Shown in pieces: positions 46,281 through 57,362 of a stretch of DNA of 64,000 nucleotides. Position numbers and translations under genes: made by a program. Each line of letters starts with the position of its first letter. Position 1 is the first letter of the stretch. Source of the DNA: Candidatus Kerfeldbacteria bacterium. Its GTDB lineage: Bacteria > Patescibacteriota > Patescibacteriia > SBBC01 > CAIJZX01. Location: NCBI GenBank assembly GCA_963731735.1, contig CAVSWO010000002.1, positions 270,106-334,105 on the forward strand, read 5' to 3'. The notes beneath the pieces are model-generated. The model did no database searches. It had not been told where the DNA came from and saw nothing but the letters and a program-made list of their open reading frames with translations.

Positions 46281-47504
46281 TTAGGTGCTGGCTTCTTCGG
46301 TTGGCGCTTCAGCTGCAGCGGCTTCGGCTTGCGGTGCTTCATCTAAGCTGACGCCGGCTAAGGCTGGGTCGCTGACGCGTTCACCTTCGGCCGTCGATAA
46401 CCCGCGATCATCTTCCAGGGCTTTGACCGATAAGCCAAGACGGTGTTGGTCCGGTTCAATGGAGATAATTTTGAAATCGCGAACCTCATCAACCTTCAAG
46501 ACTTCGGCTGGATTCTGAATTTGTTTCTTGGACAATTCAGAAATATGGGCCAGTCCGTGAATTTCCTCATCGAGTTCCACGAAGGCGCCGAACGGATTGA
46601 GTTTCAGGACTTTGCCTTTGACGGTTTGGCCGATTTGGTATTTCTCAACCGCCGTTTTCCAGGGATCATCTTTGAGCTGTTTGAGCGACAGGGAGATCTT
46701 GGTGCCTTCGATACCGATAATTTTGGCTTTAACCGTATCGCCAACTTTGACGATATCGCGCGGATTCTCAACCCGCTGCCAGGCTAACTCAGAAATGTGA
46801 ATTAAGCCTTCCAGGTGCTCGCCAAATTCCACGAACGCGCCGAAATCAACCACCCCGGTGACTTGGCCTTCAATCGTGTCGCCAACATTGTAGCCGGCTA
46901 CGATTTGGGCGTGTTCCTTGGCCCAGGCGGCCTTTTCCGAAACAATCAGTTTGCCTTCGGCCTCGTTGACGTCAAGCACTTTGACGCGCAGCGTCTGGTT
47001 GATGAATTTTTGTAGCAGTTCTAAGATCCGTCCCTTATCACCACCCTCAACCCGAGGATAGTGTTCGGGCGTTAATTGCGAGACCGGCAAGAAGCCTTCA
47101 ATCCGGCCAACCATGACCATAATGCCGCCGCGGTTTGCGTCGGTCACCGTGACATCAATCACTTCACCCGAGTTCATTAGGCGAGTCAGCTCATCCCAGG
47201 CCTTCTGGTGTCCGGCCGAACGGAAGGAAAGTTCCATTTGACCTTGCTCATTTTCAAGTTCCAGGACGGTAGCCTGGACCCGATCACCAACTTTTAATTC
47301 AGAATATTCGCCGGATTCGTCGTAGAGTTCACGACCTCGGACAATGCCGGTAGTTAGGCCGTCAATATCAACGTGCGCTTCATTTTTTGAAACGCTTAAA
47401 ATCGTGCCTTGCACAATCTCACCGACCGCCGGTAGCTTCGGTAAAGAGGCGTCGGCTAATAGACGCTCCATTTCATTTATCGGGGTCTGCGTAGCAGTAG
47501 CCAT
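46281..47504 (-). CDS. rpsA: 30S ribosomal protein S1 (four S1 domains)
   Basis: Repeated S1 motifs GFLPVSQL, FGAFVE..GLIHISEL. Confidence 0.92.
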   Translation of the reverse strand: MATATQTPINEMERLLADASLPKLPAVGEIVQGTILSVSKNEAHVDIDGLTTGIVRGRELYDESGEYSELKVGDRVQATVLELENEQGQMELSFRSAGHQKAWDELTRLMNSGEVIDVTVTDANRGGIMVMVGRIEGFLPVSQLTPEHYPRVEGGDKGRILELLQKFINQTLRVKVLDVNEAEGKLIVSEKAAWAKEHAQIVAGYNVGDTIEGQVTGVVDFGAFVEFGEHLEGLIHISELAWQRVENPRDIVKVGDTVKAKIIGIEGTKISLSLKQLKDDPWKTAVEKYQIGQTVKGKVLKLNPFGAFVELDEEIHGLAHISELSKKQIQNPAEVLKVDEVRDFKIISIEPDQHRLGLSVKALEDDRGLSTAEGERVSDPALAGVSLDEAPQAEAAAAEAPTEEAST

Positions 47505-47681
47505 ATAATCATTGTTTACCCTTCAAACCATCGAGTTCGAAAGTCCGGGCGACGCCGGGGCGCTCGGGTGAAAAACGGCGTTTTCTTCGTCAATCAATAC
47601 GCCGGTCACTCTAGCGGAAAACCGAGATATTTGCAAGTCCCGGCAATTGACGGTATCGGATTGCCCTGCTGTAATAGGGTT

Positions 47682-48470
47682 ATGGGGGCATCGCGATCAA
47701 TTCCCAGTCGACGCATGAGCGTCCGGTCACCGGGCGGCAGCTTGGGGCATTCAAGCTCGCCGGAGCATCGAAGTTTTCATCTGAGCCGGCCTGAGAAGAA
47801 GGCTTTTACGCAATCGGCTTTTGAAAAATATCAGCCGCAAGAATATCAGCAGCATGCCAAGCAACATTCTCCGGCCGACGTCCAAGACGCCGATCGGGAG
47901 TTTTATTTACGGCAAGTGCAGGGCGGTCGAACGCTTGAAACCCGCGAGGACGTAGAAAAATTTGCCCGCGGTTTTCTGAAGGACGCGCACGCCGAAGGTG
48001 CGCGCTTACGCGGTGGTCTGAATACAGAACGTCGGGAGTATGAGCAGGCTAAACAACTGGCCAAAGAATACTTGAAAAAACATACCGACCAGCCCGATCC
48101 CCATAAAGTTCATCACTCAATAATGACCGCCATGCGCGACCGCCTCGGTATTCAACATGGTCCCGCCCCGGCCGCTGAATTCAAACCCGCCTGGCAAGCG
48201 CCCGAACCGCTTGGCCTTGATACATCGCCGGCGACACCCGAACCGACCGGAGGGAGTCCGGCCACCCCAGTATTTAATCCAGCCTCGCAAGCCTTTATCG
48301 GCGGACGCTTAGGTCAGGTCAGCAAACCGGCGGCCCCGGCTTCCACCGCAGTCCCGGCCAATCAACCCCCGCCGGAGCCGCCGTCACCGACCCCGGCCGC
48401 CCCCGCTCCGACGCCAAACAACGACCCGGCCATCCCCGATCCGGATGACGCGCAAGCGCTCCCAATTTAG
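47682..48470 (+). CDS. Hypothetical protein with Pro-rich C-terminus
   Basis: Long ORF filling the gap between rpsA and the MBL gene; start uncertain. Confidence 0.6.
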   Translation: MGASRSIPSRRMSVRSPGGSLGHSSSPEHRSFHLSRPEKKAFTQSAFEKYQPQEYQQHAKQHSPADVQDADREFYLRQVQGGRTLETREDVEKFARGFLKDAHAEGARLRGGLNTERREYEQAKQLAKEYLKKHTDQPDPHKVHHSIMTAMRDRLGIQHGPAPAAEFKPAWQAPEPLGLDTSPATPEPTGGSPATPVFNPASQAFIGGRLGQVSKPAAPASTAVPANQPPPEPPSPTPAAPAPTPNNDPAIPDPDDAQALPI

Positions 48471-48560
48471 GCCGTTTTTTGCCCGCCGCAGCCATTGCCA
48501 GATAGGCGGTTTTCTGCTAAACTCAGGGCATTCTCGATTGATATCGAACGCAGTCTTCGT

Positions 48561-49169
48561 ATGATTATTTCTTCACTTGGCGATGCCGGAATTCGCCTCC
48601 AAACCAAAGAAGCCGTGGTCGTGATTGACCCCCCGGCCGCCAGCACCGGTCTCAAGGTTAGTCGTTCCAGTGCCGATATCGTCGCCCAAACGCAAGTTGA
48701 GCGACGTGATCTCAGCAACGTCACTTCTCCGGGACTGGTTATCACCACGCCGGGCGAGTACGAATTGAAACAAGTGTTTATTTACGGTTTGGCGCTGGCG
48801 TCTGATCCCGGAAAAATTCATTTCCGGATTGAGGCTGAAGGGTTAAGCCTTGGACACTTGGGCGATCTAACCGGCAACTTGCAAAATGGCGAACTTGAGG
48901 CGCTTGAGGGGGTTGATATATTGTTTGTACCAATCGGCGGAAAAGATACGCTCAGCGCTGAAGCCGCGGCTAAGCTTATTAGCCAAATCGAACCGCGCGT
49001 GGTTGTTCCAATACAATATAAAATAACCGGCCTGAAGATTGCTTATGATGATGTGGCTGGATTTTTGAAGGAAATGGGTTCGAAGGATGTGCAACCGGAA
49101 GCCAAGTGGAAAATCGCGAAAAAAGATTTACCGGCCGAAGAAACCCAAGTAGTTTTATTGTCCGCATGA
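48561..49169 (+). CDS. MBL-fold protein (Lactamase_B_3 type) lacking metal-binding histidines
   Basis: VVIDP, TTPGEYE, HLGDL, VDILFVPIGG, IEPRVVVP. Confidence 0.8.
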   Translation: MIISSLGDAGIRLQTKEAVVVIDPPAASTGLKVSRSSADIVAQTQVERRDLSNVTSPGLVITTPGEYELKQVFIYGLALASDPGKIHFRIEAEGLSLGHLGDLTGNLQNGELEALEGVDILFVPIGGKDTLSAEAAAKLISQIEPRVVVPIQYKITGLKIAYDDVAGFLKEMGSKDVQPEAKWKIAKKDLPAEETQVVLLSA

Positions 49170-49588
49170 GTCCGTCCACAGCCAATCGAAAAAGAACTCC
49201 GGGCACACGCGTGCCCGTTCGGGTCGTATCCGGAAAACAGGCCGCCCCGGCCCCATCCGCTCCGCCCGCTCCGGAGGCCACCAAACCGGCAAACACAAAA
49301 CCCGCCCCAACGCCGTCCGGCTCACCACGCAAACCGGTCCAGCAGCTTCCGGTCGAGCACCGCAAGCGGCTGATGTGGGGGATTGTCGCCGGGCTGATGC
49401 TATTCGTGGTCTTTGGTTGGGCCATGAGTCTCGGGCACGTGCTGCGACAGGACGGGAAACAACCCTCCTTGGTGACACAACTGACCGACCTCTTTAAAAC
49501 CTTTCAATTGCCTTCAGCCAAGGCTGAGCCGCGTTCTCCAGAAATCAAACAGCTTGATCAGCAAGTTTTTCCGCAATTTCAACAGTAA
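49166..49588 (+). CDS. Single-pass membrane hypothetical protein
   Basis: ATGA overlap with the upstream gene, one TM helix, ends 3 nt before gyrA. Confidence 0.7.
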   Translation: MSPSTANRKRTPGTRVPVRVVSGKQAAPAPSAPPAPEATKPANTKPAPTPSGSPRKPVQQLPVEHRKRLMWGIVAGLMLFVVFGWAMSLGHVLRQDGKQPSLVTQLTDLFKTFQLPSAKAEPRSPEIKQLDQQVFPQFQQ

Positions 49589-49591
49589 CCT

Positions 49592-52060
49592 ATGGCCGAT
49601 AAACAACCCGCTCCGACGAATCCGATTGGAAAAATAGAGGTCCGCCCGATTGTCACCGAGATGCAGGAGTCGTACCTCGATTACGCCATGAGCGTGATCG
49701 TGGCCCGCGCCCTGCCGGATGTTCGCGACGGATTAAAACCGGTCCACCGCCGCATCTTGTACGCCATGTGGGATATTGGTCTGCGGCCGGGATCGAAATA
49801 TCGAAAATCTGCCACCGTGGTCGGTGAAGTGCTCGGGAAATACCATCCGCACGGGGACGTCGCCGTCTATGATTCGATGGTGCGCATGGCCCAAGAGTTC
49901 GCCATGCGGTATCCGCTGGTTGACGGCCAAGGGAACTTTGGTTCGATGGACGGCGACAGTCCGGCGGCCATGCGGTATACCGAGGCGCGACTCGGACGCA
50001 TCGCGGCGGAAATGCTGACGGATATTGAAAAAGACACGGTTGATTTCGTCCCCAACTACGACGGTTCGCACAAAGAACCGCGCGTTTTGCCGGCCAAGTT
50101 GCCGAACTTACTCCTGAACGGGACCGTCGGCATCGCCGTCGGCATGGCCACCAATATCCCTCCGCACAACCTGACCGAGTTGGTTGATGCCGCGACGCAC
50201 TTAATCGATCACCCGAATGCATCGATCGATGATTTAGCGGCGATTGTGACCGGTCCGGATTTTCCGACCGGCGGCGTAATCTATAACCTGCAGGATATCA
50301 AGACCGCCTACGCCACCGGGAAAGGCGCCATCGTGATGCGCGCCAAGACTGAAATCGTTGAGGCTAAGGGCAGCGCCTTCAATATCATTGTGACCGAAAT
50401 TCCGTATCAGGTGAATAAGGCCACCTTACTTGAGCAAATCGCCAATGCGGTCCGCGATAAAAAAATTGACGGCATCAAAGATCTCCGCGATGAGTCGAAT
50501 AAAGAAGGTGTTCGCATCGTAATTGAGCTCAAGAAGGACGCGTATCCGAAGAAAGTTTTGAATCGCCTATTTACGCTGACCCAGCTGCAAGAAACCTTCC
50601 ATGTCAACATGTTGGCGCTGGTGGACGGCATTCAGCCGCGCGTGCTGACGCTGAAAATGGTGCTTGAAGAATATATCAAACACCGTCAGTCAGTGGTTCG
50701 CCGCCGAGCGGAATACGAACTCCGGGGCGCTAAAGACCGCGACCATATTTTGAAGGGCTTGCTGATTGCCTTGGCGCATATTCAGGAAGTTATCCGCACC
50801 ATTCAGAAGTCGAAGGACAAAGATGAGGCCAAGGCCAATTTGATCAAGAAGTTTAAATTAACCGACCCGCAAGCCACGGCGATTCTGGAAATGCGTCTGC
50901 AACAGTTGGCCAACCTGGAGCGTCTCAAAATTGAACAAGAACACAAGGAAAAATTGGCGCTGATCAAGGAGCTTGAAGCTCTGTTGGCTTCACCCAAGAA
51001 AATTTTAGGGGTCATTAAAGACGAACTGGCCGAAATCAAAGCCAAGCACGGCGATGCACGCAAGACCGAAATCGTACCGGGCGCGGTTGGCTCCTTTACG
51101 CAAGAAGATTTAATTCCCAATGAGTCGACGATCGTGGTCATCACCCGCGATGGCTATATTAAACGCGTCGCACCGGATCAATTCAAGAGCCAGGGTCGGG
51201 GCGGCAAAGGCGTGATTGGCTTGACCACGAAAGAAGAAGATATGGTGGCACATTTCTTGGCGACCACCACCCATGCCGACATGTTGTTCTTCACCAACCG
51301 AGGCCGAGTTTTCCAATTGAAGGCGTACGACGTGCCGGTTGCCTCTCGCACCTCCAAGGGTCAGGCGATTGTGAACTTTCTGCAACTGCCGGGGGAAGAG
51401 AAGGTCAACGTGGTACTCTCCAACGCCGACTTAAAATCCTATAAATTCTTGGTGATGGTCACCAAAGCCGGGGTGATTAAAAAAGTCACGACTGATGCAT
51501 TCAAAAATGTTCGTCGAAACGGATTGCTGGCGATCAAGCTCAAGGCCGGTGATTCATTGCGCTGGGTAAAACCTTCCAGTGGCAAAGATGACATTGAACT
51601 GATTAGCTCAAACGGACAGTCGATCCGCTTCAAAGAGTCCGGCATTCGCCCGATGGGTCGCGGCGCCAGCGGCGTCCGCGGAATGCGGCTTAAATCCGGC
51701 GATGAGATTGCCGGCATGGACCTGGTAACTGATGGGAAAGCGGAGGCCAACGAGCAGTTATTGGTCGTGATGGCAAACGGGTTCGGCAAGCGCACCCCGC
51801 TGAAAGAATACAAGGTTCAGGGCCGCGGCGGATCCGGAATTCGGACCGCGAAAATCACTGACAAGACCGGCAAAGCGGTGGCGGGCTTCATCGTCAACGC
51901 CAAGCTTGAACAAAACGATATTATTATCATCTCGAACAAGGGTCAGGTTATTCGGACGCCACTAAAATCCGTTTCGGTGCTTGGTCGCGACACGCAAGGC
52001 GTAAGAATTATGCGGTTTAATAACGTCAATGATAAAGTTGCCTCGGTAGCGTTCGTGTAA
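49592..52060 (+). CDS. gyrA: DNA gyrase subunit A
   Basis: [22 protein letters not shown], GyrA box QGRGGKG. Confidence 0.98.
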   Translation: MADKQPAPTNPIGKIEVRPIVTEMQESYLDYAMSVIVARALPDVRDGLKPVHRRILYAMWDIGLRPGSKYRKSATVVGEVLGKYHPHGDVAVYDSMVRMAQEFAMRYPLVDGQGNFGSMDGDSPAAMRYTEARLGRIAAEMLTDIEKDTVDFVPNYDGSHKEPRVLPAKLPNLLLNGTVGIAVGMATNIPPHNLTELVDAATHLIDHPNASIDDLAAIVTGPDFPTGGVIYNLQDIKTAYATGKGAIVMRAKTEIVEAKGSAFNIIVTEIPYQVNKATLLEQIANAVRDKKIDGIKDLRDESNKEGVRIVIELKKDAYPKKVLNRLFTLTQLQETFHVNMLALVDGIQPRVLTLKMVLEEYIKHRQSVVRRRAEYELRGAKDRDHILKGLLIALAHIQEVIRTIQKSKDKDEAKANLIKKFKLTDPQATAILEMRLQQLANLERLKIEQEHKEKLALIKELEALLASPKKILGVIKDELAEIKAKHGDARKTEIVPGAVGSFTQEDLIPNESTIVVITRDGYIKRVAPDQFKSQGRGGKGVIGLTTKEEDMVAHFLATTTHADMLFFTNRGRVFQLKAYDVPVASRTSKGQAIVNFLQLPGEEKVNVVLSNADLKSYKFLVMVTKAGVIKKVTTDAFKNVRRNGLLAIKLKAGDSLRWVKPSSGKDDIELISSNGQSIRFKESGIRPMGRGASGVRGMRLKSGDEIAGMDLVTDGKAEANEQLLVVMANGFGKRTPLKEYKVQGRGGSGIRTAKITDKTGKAVAGFIVNAKLEQNDIIIISNKGQVIRTPLKSVSVLGRDTQGVRIMRFNNVNDKVASVAFV

Positions 52061-52136
52061 ACGTAACGCGACGAAGCGCCGCTATGGCGTATCCCGGCGG
52101 CAGAAATTCCAGGGCTGGTAAACCCGAGAAATATAC

Positions 52137-52191
52137 GCAATACTGGGGTTATTATCCGAACCAAGTTCGCATAATAACCAGTTGTACGAAA
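52137..52191 (+). other. attI-like primary recombination site, copy 2
   Basis: 55 of 55 bp identical to 12191-12245. Confidence 0.85.
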
Positions 52192-52244
52192 TTGACTTTT
52201 TCCTTTAAACTGGAAATTAACTACTTAGTATATTCAACAAATCT

Positions 52245-53290
52245 GTGGATCAACTTCCTGTAGTTCAGGCTCAAAATAATAGCTCCAATTGGTTTAAACG
52301 CTGGTGGTGGATTTTCCCTGTATTTTCGGGGCTCGTTTATGGCCTGTGGCTGGTCCTCGCTAAGATGCTCTATTGGAACATTGCCAGAAAGTGGAATTTT
52401 CTCGCAGCTGGTTTGGCAATTTTCGTTGGGCTACTTTCTGTGCTCTTTTGGCGACGCGGCATTACGGGAAAAATTATAACCCTACTGACCATCACAACAA
52501 TTGGTTTTTTCTCGTACATAGTTATTGGAGCCGCCCGACCAGCTATCTATGAAAAAGCTTACACTTTCCATCTCCAGAAGTATTGTCGATTCAAACTTGT
52601 GCCCAAGATAATGATTGTATAGAAATATTTCAAGTCCTTCCGCGATAATTGAAAGTATGAAACCGTATGGTGATCCTCGACTTCAAGCTATAACATACAA
52701 TGTGCCGACGTCATCAACGTTTAATGTCAATTACTCCTGGGGCAGCCGGGAGGTAACGCGTTCAGGGTCGGTTCGACGAGTTTGTGTATCAAAAGAGTAC
52801 TACCAAACCAATAAACAAGAATACTACCTCTGGACAGGCATACAAGAGTATGAATCTGCGGCATCGTGTAGTTGCGTCGCTCAGCGATGTGCGAATACCA
52901 AGTATGTGATTGGTGAATACCCAGAAACCCCAACAGAAAATCCTACAGGAACAATTACGAAAACACCGCAGCCCGCCAAAGTAATAGACTCAAAACCCCC
53001 TTCGACACCAATTGGTGACCAAGGCCCAACGATCAACGATGTCCAAGTTAGCTACAATGCTACCCAGGCCACTATTTTATCGGTAACTGTAAGAAGCAGA
53101 CGGCATCGTAAACTACGGATCGAGTACTAACTATGGCTCATTTATTAGTAAAAGGAATACACTACTAACCATTCCATTAGCTTTGACGCATATCAAGGAC
53201 AAACGTATCACTACGCGATCCGCAGTTGCCTTCCTCTGACCTCCACAACATGCACCAGCACCGGCGATGGTGTTTTCAGTATCCAATAAA
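52245..53290 (+). pseudogene. Cassette A: membrane/surface protein gene, apparently split by frameshifts
   Basis: Three-TM ORF 52245-52622 overlaps ORF 52615-53130; end uncertain. Confidence 0.5.
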
Positions 53291-53305
53291 GGAAAAGCGA
53301 GCACC

Positions 53306-53405
53306 GTACAACAGCGCGTATACGCCATCCTTCTCTCGCTTAGGCGGTAATGATATTATACCGCCACGCTCGTTCCGGACGGCGTATGACGCGCGAACGT
53401 TAAGT
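53306..53405 (+). repeat. attC-like site A
   Basis: GTACAAC-A-GCGCGTATACGCC...GGCGTATGACGCGC-GAAC-GTTAAGT; related to site 5. Confidence 0.85.
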
Positions 53406-53467
53406 GAAATTGAGGATTTGTCCAAAAAATATATAAGGGCAAAAAATTATTTAATAACTAGATAAAC

Positions 53468-54234
53468 ATGAAAGACCATTACGATAGTTTTTATAAGAAA
53501 AGTTCAGAAAAATTTAAAAAATACGAGTTTCATGGACATGGCAAATTGGTTACTGGGGAAAAACCAAATTTTTTTGAGTATCTTAAAAAGTTTGGAAATA
53601 AAAATTTTAAAGTATTAGATTTAGGATGTGGCTCTGGCGAACTAACACTCAAACTTTCTCCGTTTTTTAAGGAAATTGTTGGCATAGACCCTTTTGATGA
53701 TTATATAAAATCGGCAGAAAATTTGAAAAGGACAATCAAAGTTGGAAATGTCATTTTTAAGGTAGCAGATGGAAAAAATTTACCTTTTGAAATACCGGCC
53801 GCCATTTTGATATTGTTTCAGCTCTAGAGGACCGCTTTCTGCCAACATTGATTTTATTAGAGAAAGTTTTCGTGTTTTAAAAAAGGGGGTGATAATTTAT
53901 CCAAGAAACTATTGGCGAAAAGGATAAAATTGAACTCAAAAAAATTTTTGGAAGAGGGCAAAATTATCCCAATAGTGAAAAAAACAAAAATTCGTAATCA
54001 GTAAAAGAATTATTAGCACAATCCGGAATGAAACTCGTTGAATCAAAATATTTTAAATTTTATCAAGCTTATTCATCAATCAACGATGTTGTAGTAATTC
54101 TTGAAAGAGCCCCCATAATTCCAGATTTTGATAAAACAAAAGACAAAGCACATCTTGAAGAAATTGATAGGAAACTTAATGGTAGTGGTATAAAATTAAG
54201 TAGTCACAGATTATTTTGGGTAGCTGAAAAATAA
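53468..54234 (+). pseudogene. Cassette B: class I SAM methyltransferase, frameshifted
   Basis: VLDLGCGSG, GIDP, ADGKNLPF, then frame breaks; C-terminal fragment 54028-54234; very AT-rich. Confidence 0.75.
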
Positions 54235-54317
54235 TTTTTTGCCCGATTTTAATAATGAAGAACAAATCCTCAAACTCAAGCCACGCTGCGCTCTCACTCC
54301 CTTCGTTCGTTCGGGGC

Positions 54318-54417
54318 GTATAACAAGGGATATACGGTTCAGCCCTCGGCTCGGGCTTCACCCAAATTTTTCTTCCACTTCGTTCCAGAAAAACTTCGTA
54401 TATCCCTAACGTTATCG
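54318..54417 (+). repeat. attC-like site B (divergent arm sequence)
   Basis: GTATAAC-A-AGGGATATACG...CGTATATCCCT-AAC-GTTATCG. Confidence 0.7.
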
Positions 54418-54519
54418 AAATGTTGCTATTGACGAATTAGTACCTTCGGTTCTAAGATCGCGTATTCGATCTTTCACAACGAAATATTCTTAGGGGGCGT
54501 ACTAAAAAGGAGGTCATCG

Positions 54520-54699
54520 ATGTTTCGTAGCTTTAAGGCCCTCATGGTAGGTACGTGGACTTGTGCACTTTCTTCTTGAATTTGGGGGTCTGCTGGAGTC
54601 CTGGGCTTAAGTTCCAAGCCAGTCAACACCTCGGCGATTCTCACTGGTACTTGTCTTGTGATCCTCGTCATTGTGGTTGTCATCATTGACTATTTGTAA
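54520..54699 (+). pseudogene. Cassette C: small two-TM protein, probably frameshifted
   Basis: AGGAGG RBS and ATG 54520 give MFRSFKALMVGTW; a second frame continues FFLNLGSAGVLG..ILTGTCLVILVIVVVIIDYL-stop. Confidence 0.4.
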
Positions 54700-54837
54700 C
54701 CGCCAGACGACATGGTGTGCAAAATGCAACCCATCAAGACCCCTGACCCCCTTCGTCCTTTTTCCGAGGAGATGGTAACGACATCATTCTCGCCCCCTAA
54801 GAATATTTTCTCTATAAGAAACGCTGCGCAACACATC

Positions 54838-54954
54838 TGACAACAGCGCGTATACGAAATTGCGCGGGTGTCCGCTTCCCGCCTCCGTTTTACTTCGGCG
54901 GGCAAGCGCGGTAGTATACACCCGCGCAATGCGTATGACGCGCAAACGTTAGAC
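54838..54954 (+). repeat. attC-like site C
   Basis: TGACAAC-A-GCGCGTATACG...CGTATGACGCGC-AAAC-GTTAGAC. Confidence 0.85.
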
Positions 54955-54962
54955 GCCATAAT

Positions 54963-55313
54963 ATGAAAAGAACAACTCTAACTTCTGTCATAGTTCTTAC
55001 ACTGATAATTTTGTTTTTGGCCGTTCCAAAACCGTACTCACTCTCAACAAACGTAAAGTCGTGCGATAAGAAAAATTCAGCTGAACAAAATGTAAATTCT
55101 GCACCAACGGATACCAATACATTTTTTAGGGATTATATACCTACACCATCTCTCATTTATGTGGATGAAAGCTCGGGGTGGTGTGCCGGGATAATTTATC
55201 CGACAAATAAGGAAAGAGAGTTAGATGCTTTTAATAACAGTTGCAACATGGTAACAAAAGGTTGGGATTGTTTAGGAATTAAATTTTCTAAAAAAGAATC
55301 AATTGCTTTATAG
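54963..55313 (+). CDS. Cassette D: small secreted Cys-containing protein
   Basis: Signal or TM peptide, four Cys, fills the cassette. Confidence 0.7.
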   Translation: MKRTTLTSVIVLTLIILFLAVPKPYSLSTNVKSCDKKNSAEQNVNSAPTDTNTFFRDYIPTPSLIYVDESSGWCAGIIYPTNKERELDAFNNSCNMVTKGWDCLGIKFSKKESIAL

Positions 55314-55328
55314 CTTACATATTACGAC

Positions 55329-55401
55329 GCCTAACAGCGCGTATACGCCCCGACCTTCGCCAAGGCTACGGCGGGCAGCATATGACGCGCAAACGTTAGA
55401 C
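55329..55401 (+). repeat. attC-like site D
   Basis: GCCTAAC-A-GCGCGTATACG...CATATGACGCGC-AAAC-GTTAGAC; loop is the hairpin CCTTCGCCAAGGCTACGGCGGG. Confidence 0.8.
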
Positions 55402-55420
55402 AAAAAACTCCCCCGAGCGC

Positions 55421-55909
55421 CTAAGCGTTCGGGGGATTGGTATCTTCACACTCGGATTCCTTCCAAACCTCTTGGGTTTGGCCGTAGATACCGGGAATCA
55501 CCCAGAGTTGTCCGTCAAAAGCCGTAACAACGCGGGCAATATCGCCAGTCTCCTTGTGGCGAACCCAGCGTTGCCCGGTTGATCCCGAGCGCTTCTTTCG
55601 ACGCGGCATAGCGGTACCTCCGTCCGTGGTCTCAAGACTGAACGGCGACCAAATTGCAATCGCCCGTTTGGTGCGACTTCGGCAAACACGCGTCAATTGA
55701 CGAAACCGACTTCGAAAGCCCAGCGAATCGAGCTCGAGCAAAGCCGAATGCAACATTTCCCAACGAATCGTGATCGGTAACGGTCGATCCTCCCTGATAC
55801 AGGCCTGTTCGTACTGGCTGCGTTGCCAGTAGAGTTCGATCACCAGCAGTAGCCGTTGCGTTTTGGCCACCAAATCTTCAAAGTCGTTGGGAGGTTGCGC
55901 CTGGGTCAT
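55421..55909 (-). CDS. Hypothetical protein, possibly two small genes in one frame
   Basis: GGAGG RBS before ATG 55909 and again before the internal MPRRKK; hairpin plus T tract at the 3' end. Confidence 0.5.
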   Translation of the reverse strand: MTQAQPPNDFEDLVAKTQRLLLVIELYWQRSQYEQACIREDRPLPITIRWEMLHSALLELDSLGFRSRFRQLTRVCRSRTKRAIAIWSPFSLETTDGGTAMPRRKKRSGSTGQRWVRHKETGDIARVVTAFDGQLWVIPGIYGQTQEVWKESECEDTNPPNA

Positions 55910-56012
55910 GGCATACCTCCGAGGGTGGAAAGGGCTTGCCAGAGGGCAGATTCTCGGCTAGACTACGGCCAGATTCGCCCCTTGGCGTTCATTATCCATC
56001 AACCTAGCACTC

Positions 56013-56210
56013 ATGGGACTTCCTGCCAAACGACGTACCAAACAGAGTAAGCGCGAACGAGCCGCCCACTTCGCCTTGAAACCGCAAGGTTTAACCACCT
56101 GCTCACACTGCAAGCGACGTATTCGACCGCACCGGGTCTGCCCGCATTGCGGGTATTATCAGGGCCGGGCCGTCGTCGCCAAGAAAACCAAGACTAAGTC
56201 GGCCGCGTAA
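56013..56210 (+). CDS. rpmF: 50S ribosomal protein L32
   Basis: PAKRRTK..CSHC..PHRVCPHCGYYQG. Confidence 0.95.
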   Translation: MGLPAKRRTKQSKRERAAHFALKPQGLTTCSHCKRRIRPHRVCPHCGYYQGRAVVAKKTKTKSAA

Positions 56211-56219
56211 CGCACGACT

Positions 56220-56669
56220 ATGTCCAACCGTCACCTGGCGCGCACCATTGCCATGCAAACACTCTACGAGTGGGATTTTAATGGTCGCAAACCGGTTGAC
56301 GCCGTTGCCCTGCTCAAAGGCAATCAACACGAATTCGCCCCCGATTTTTCCGACGACGGTTTTTCTGAATCGTTGATTCGGGGTGTTTTTGATCACCTCG
56401 ATGAAATCGACGCGATCATTACCAAGTACGCACCGGAATGGCCGCTCGAACAAATTACGATTGTTGATCGCAATATTTTACGGATCGGCGTTTTTGAACT
56501 GAAATTCTCACCGGATGTGCCCCCCAAAGTGGCTATCAACGAAGCGATTGAAGTGGCCAAAGGTTTTGGCGGCGAATCATCCGGAAAATTTGTGAACGGC
56601 GTCTTGGGAGCGATTTATCGAGATCAGCAGGCTCAGGCGCCAACTCCACCGACCACTCCGTCCGCATGA
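56220..56669 (+). CDS. nusB: Transcription antitermination factor NusB
   Basis: [31 protein letters not shown]. Confidence 0.96.
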   Translation: MSNRHLARTIAMQTLYEWDFNGRKPVDAVALLKGNQHEFAPDFSDDGFSESLIRGVFDHLDEIDAIITKYAPEWPLEQITIVDRNILRIGVFELKFSPDVPPKVAINEAIEVAKGFGGESSGKFVNGVLGAIYRDQQAQAPTPPTTPSA

Positions 56670-57358
56670 GCGCCCTGGAAGAACTTCAATCCGTCCTCGA
56701 ACACACGTTCGCCAATCCCGATTTATTGCGGCAGGCGCTGGTCCATCGTTCCTACATAAATGAGCATCCGGATTTTGCGCTGGGACACAATGAGCGTCTG
56801 GAATATCTCGGCGACGCCGTGCTCGAACTGGTGGTCAGCGACTACCTCTATCATCATTTTCCAAATCCTGAGGGTGATTTAACCAATTGGCGGGCGAGTT
56901 TGGTCAATGCGAAAAGTTTATCCGGGGTGGCCAAAGCCATCGATATGGACCAATGGTTGATGTTGAGTCGGGGTGAGGCCAAAGAAAAAAATTCCAAAGC
57001 CCGACAGAATATTCACGCTAATGCGGTTGAGGCCATCATCGGCGCGCTCTATCTTGATGGCGGCATCAAGCCGGCCGAAACATTCATCGCCAAACATATC
57101 TTGAGCAAGTTGGAGGAAATTTTGGACAAGCAGCTGTATGTTGATCCGAAAAGCAAATTCCAGGAGATGAGTCAGGCCGCCCTGGGCATTACGCCGAGTT
57201 ATAAAGTCTTACGCGAATGGGGGCCTGATCATGATAAGCATTTTTTGATGGGCGTCTACGTGGGTGAGGATGAAGTTGCAACCGGTGAAGGCGCCTCCAA
57301 ACAAGAAGCACAAGTCAGTGCTGCCCTGAATGGGCTGAAGGCCCGGGGCTGGGTTTAA
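56666..57358 (+). CDS. rnc: Ribonuclease III
   Basis: [20 protein letters not shown]-terminal dsRBD. Confidence 0.97.
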   Translation: MSALEELQSVLEHTFANPDLLRQALVHRSYINEHPDFALGHNERLEYLGDAVLELVVSDYLYHHFPNPEGDLTNWRASLVNAKSLSGVAKAIDMDQWLMLSRGEAKEKNSKARQNIHANAVEAIIGALYLDGGIKPAETFIAKHILSKLEEILDKQLYVDPKSKFQEMSQAALGITPSYKVLREWGPDHDKHFLMGVYVGEDEVATGEGASKQEAQVSAALNGLKARGWV

Positions 57359-57362
57359 GCAC

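Larger units (their letters stand above)
52137..55401 (+). mobile_element. Second cassette array without integrase (attI-like site plus 4 cassettes)
   Basis: GTT points at 52181, 53399, 54411, 54948 and 55395; same attC family as array 1. Confidence 0.85.
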
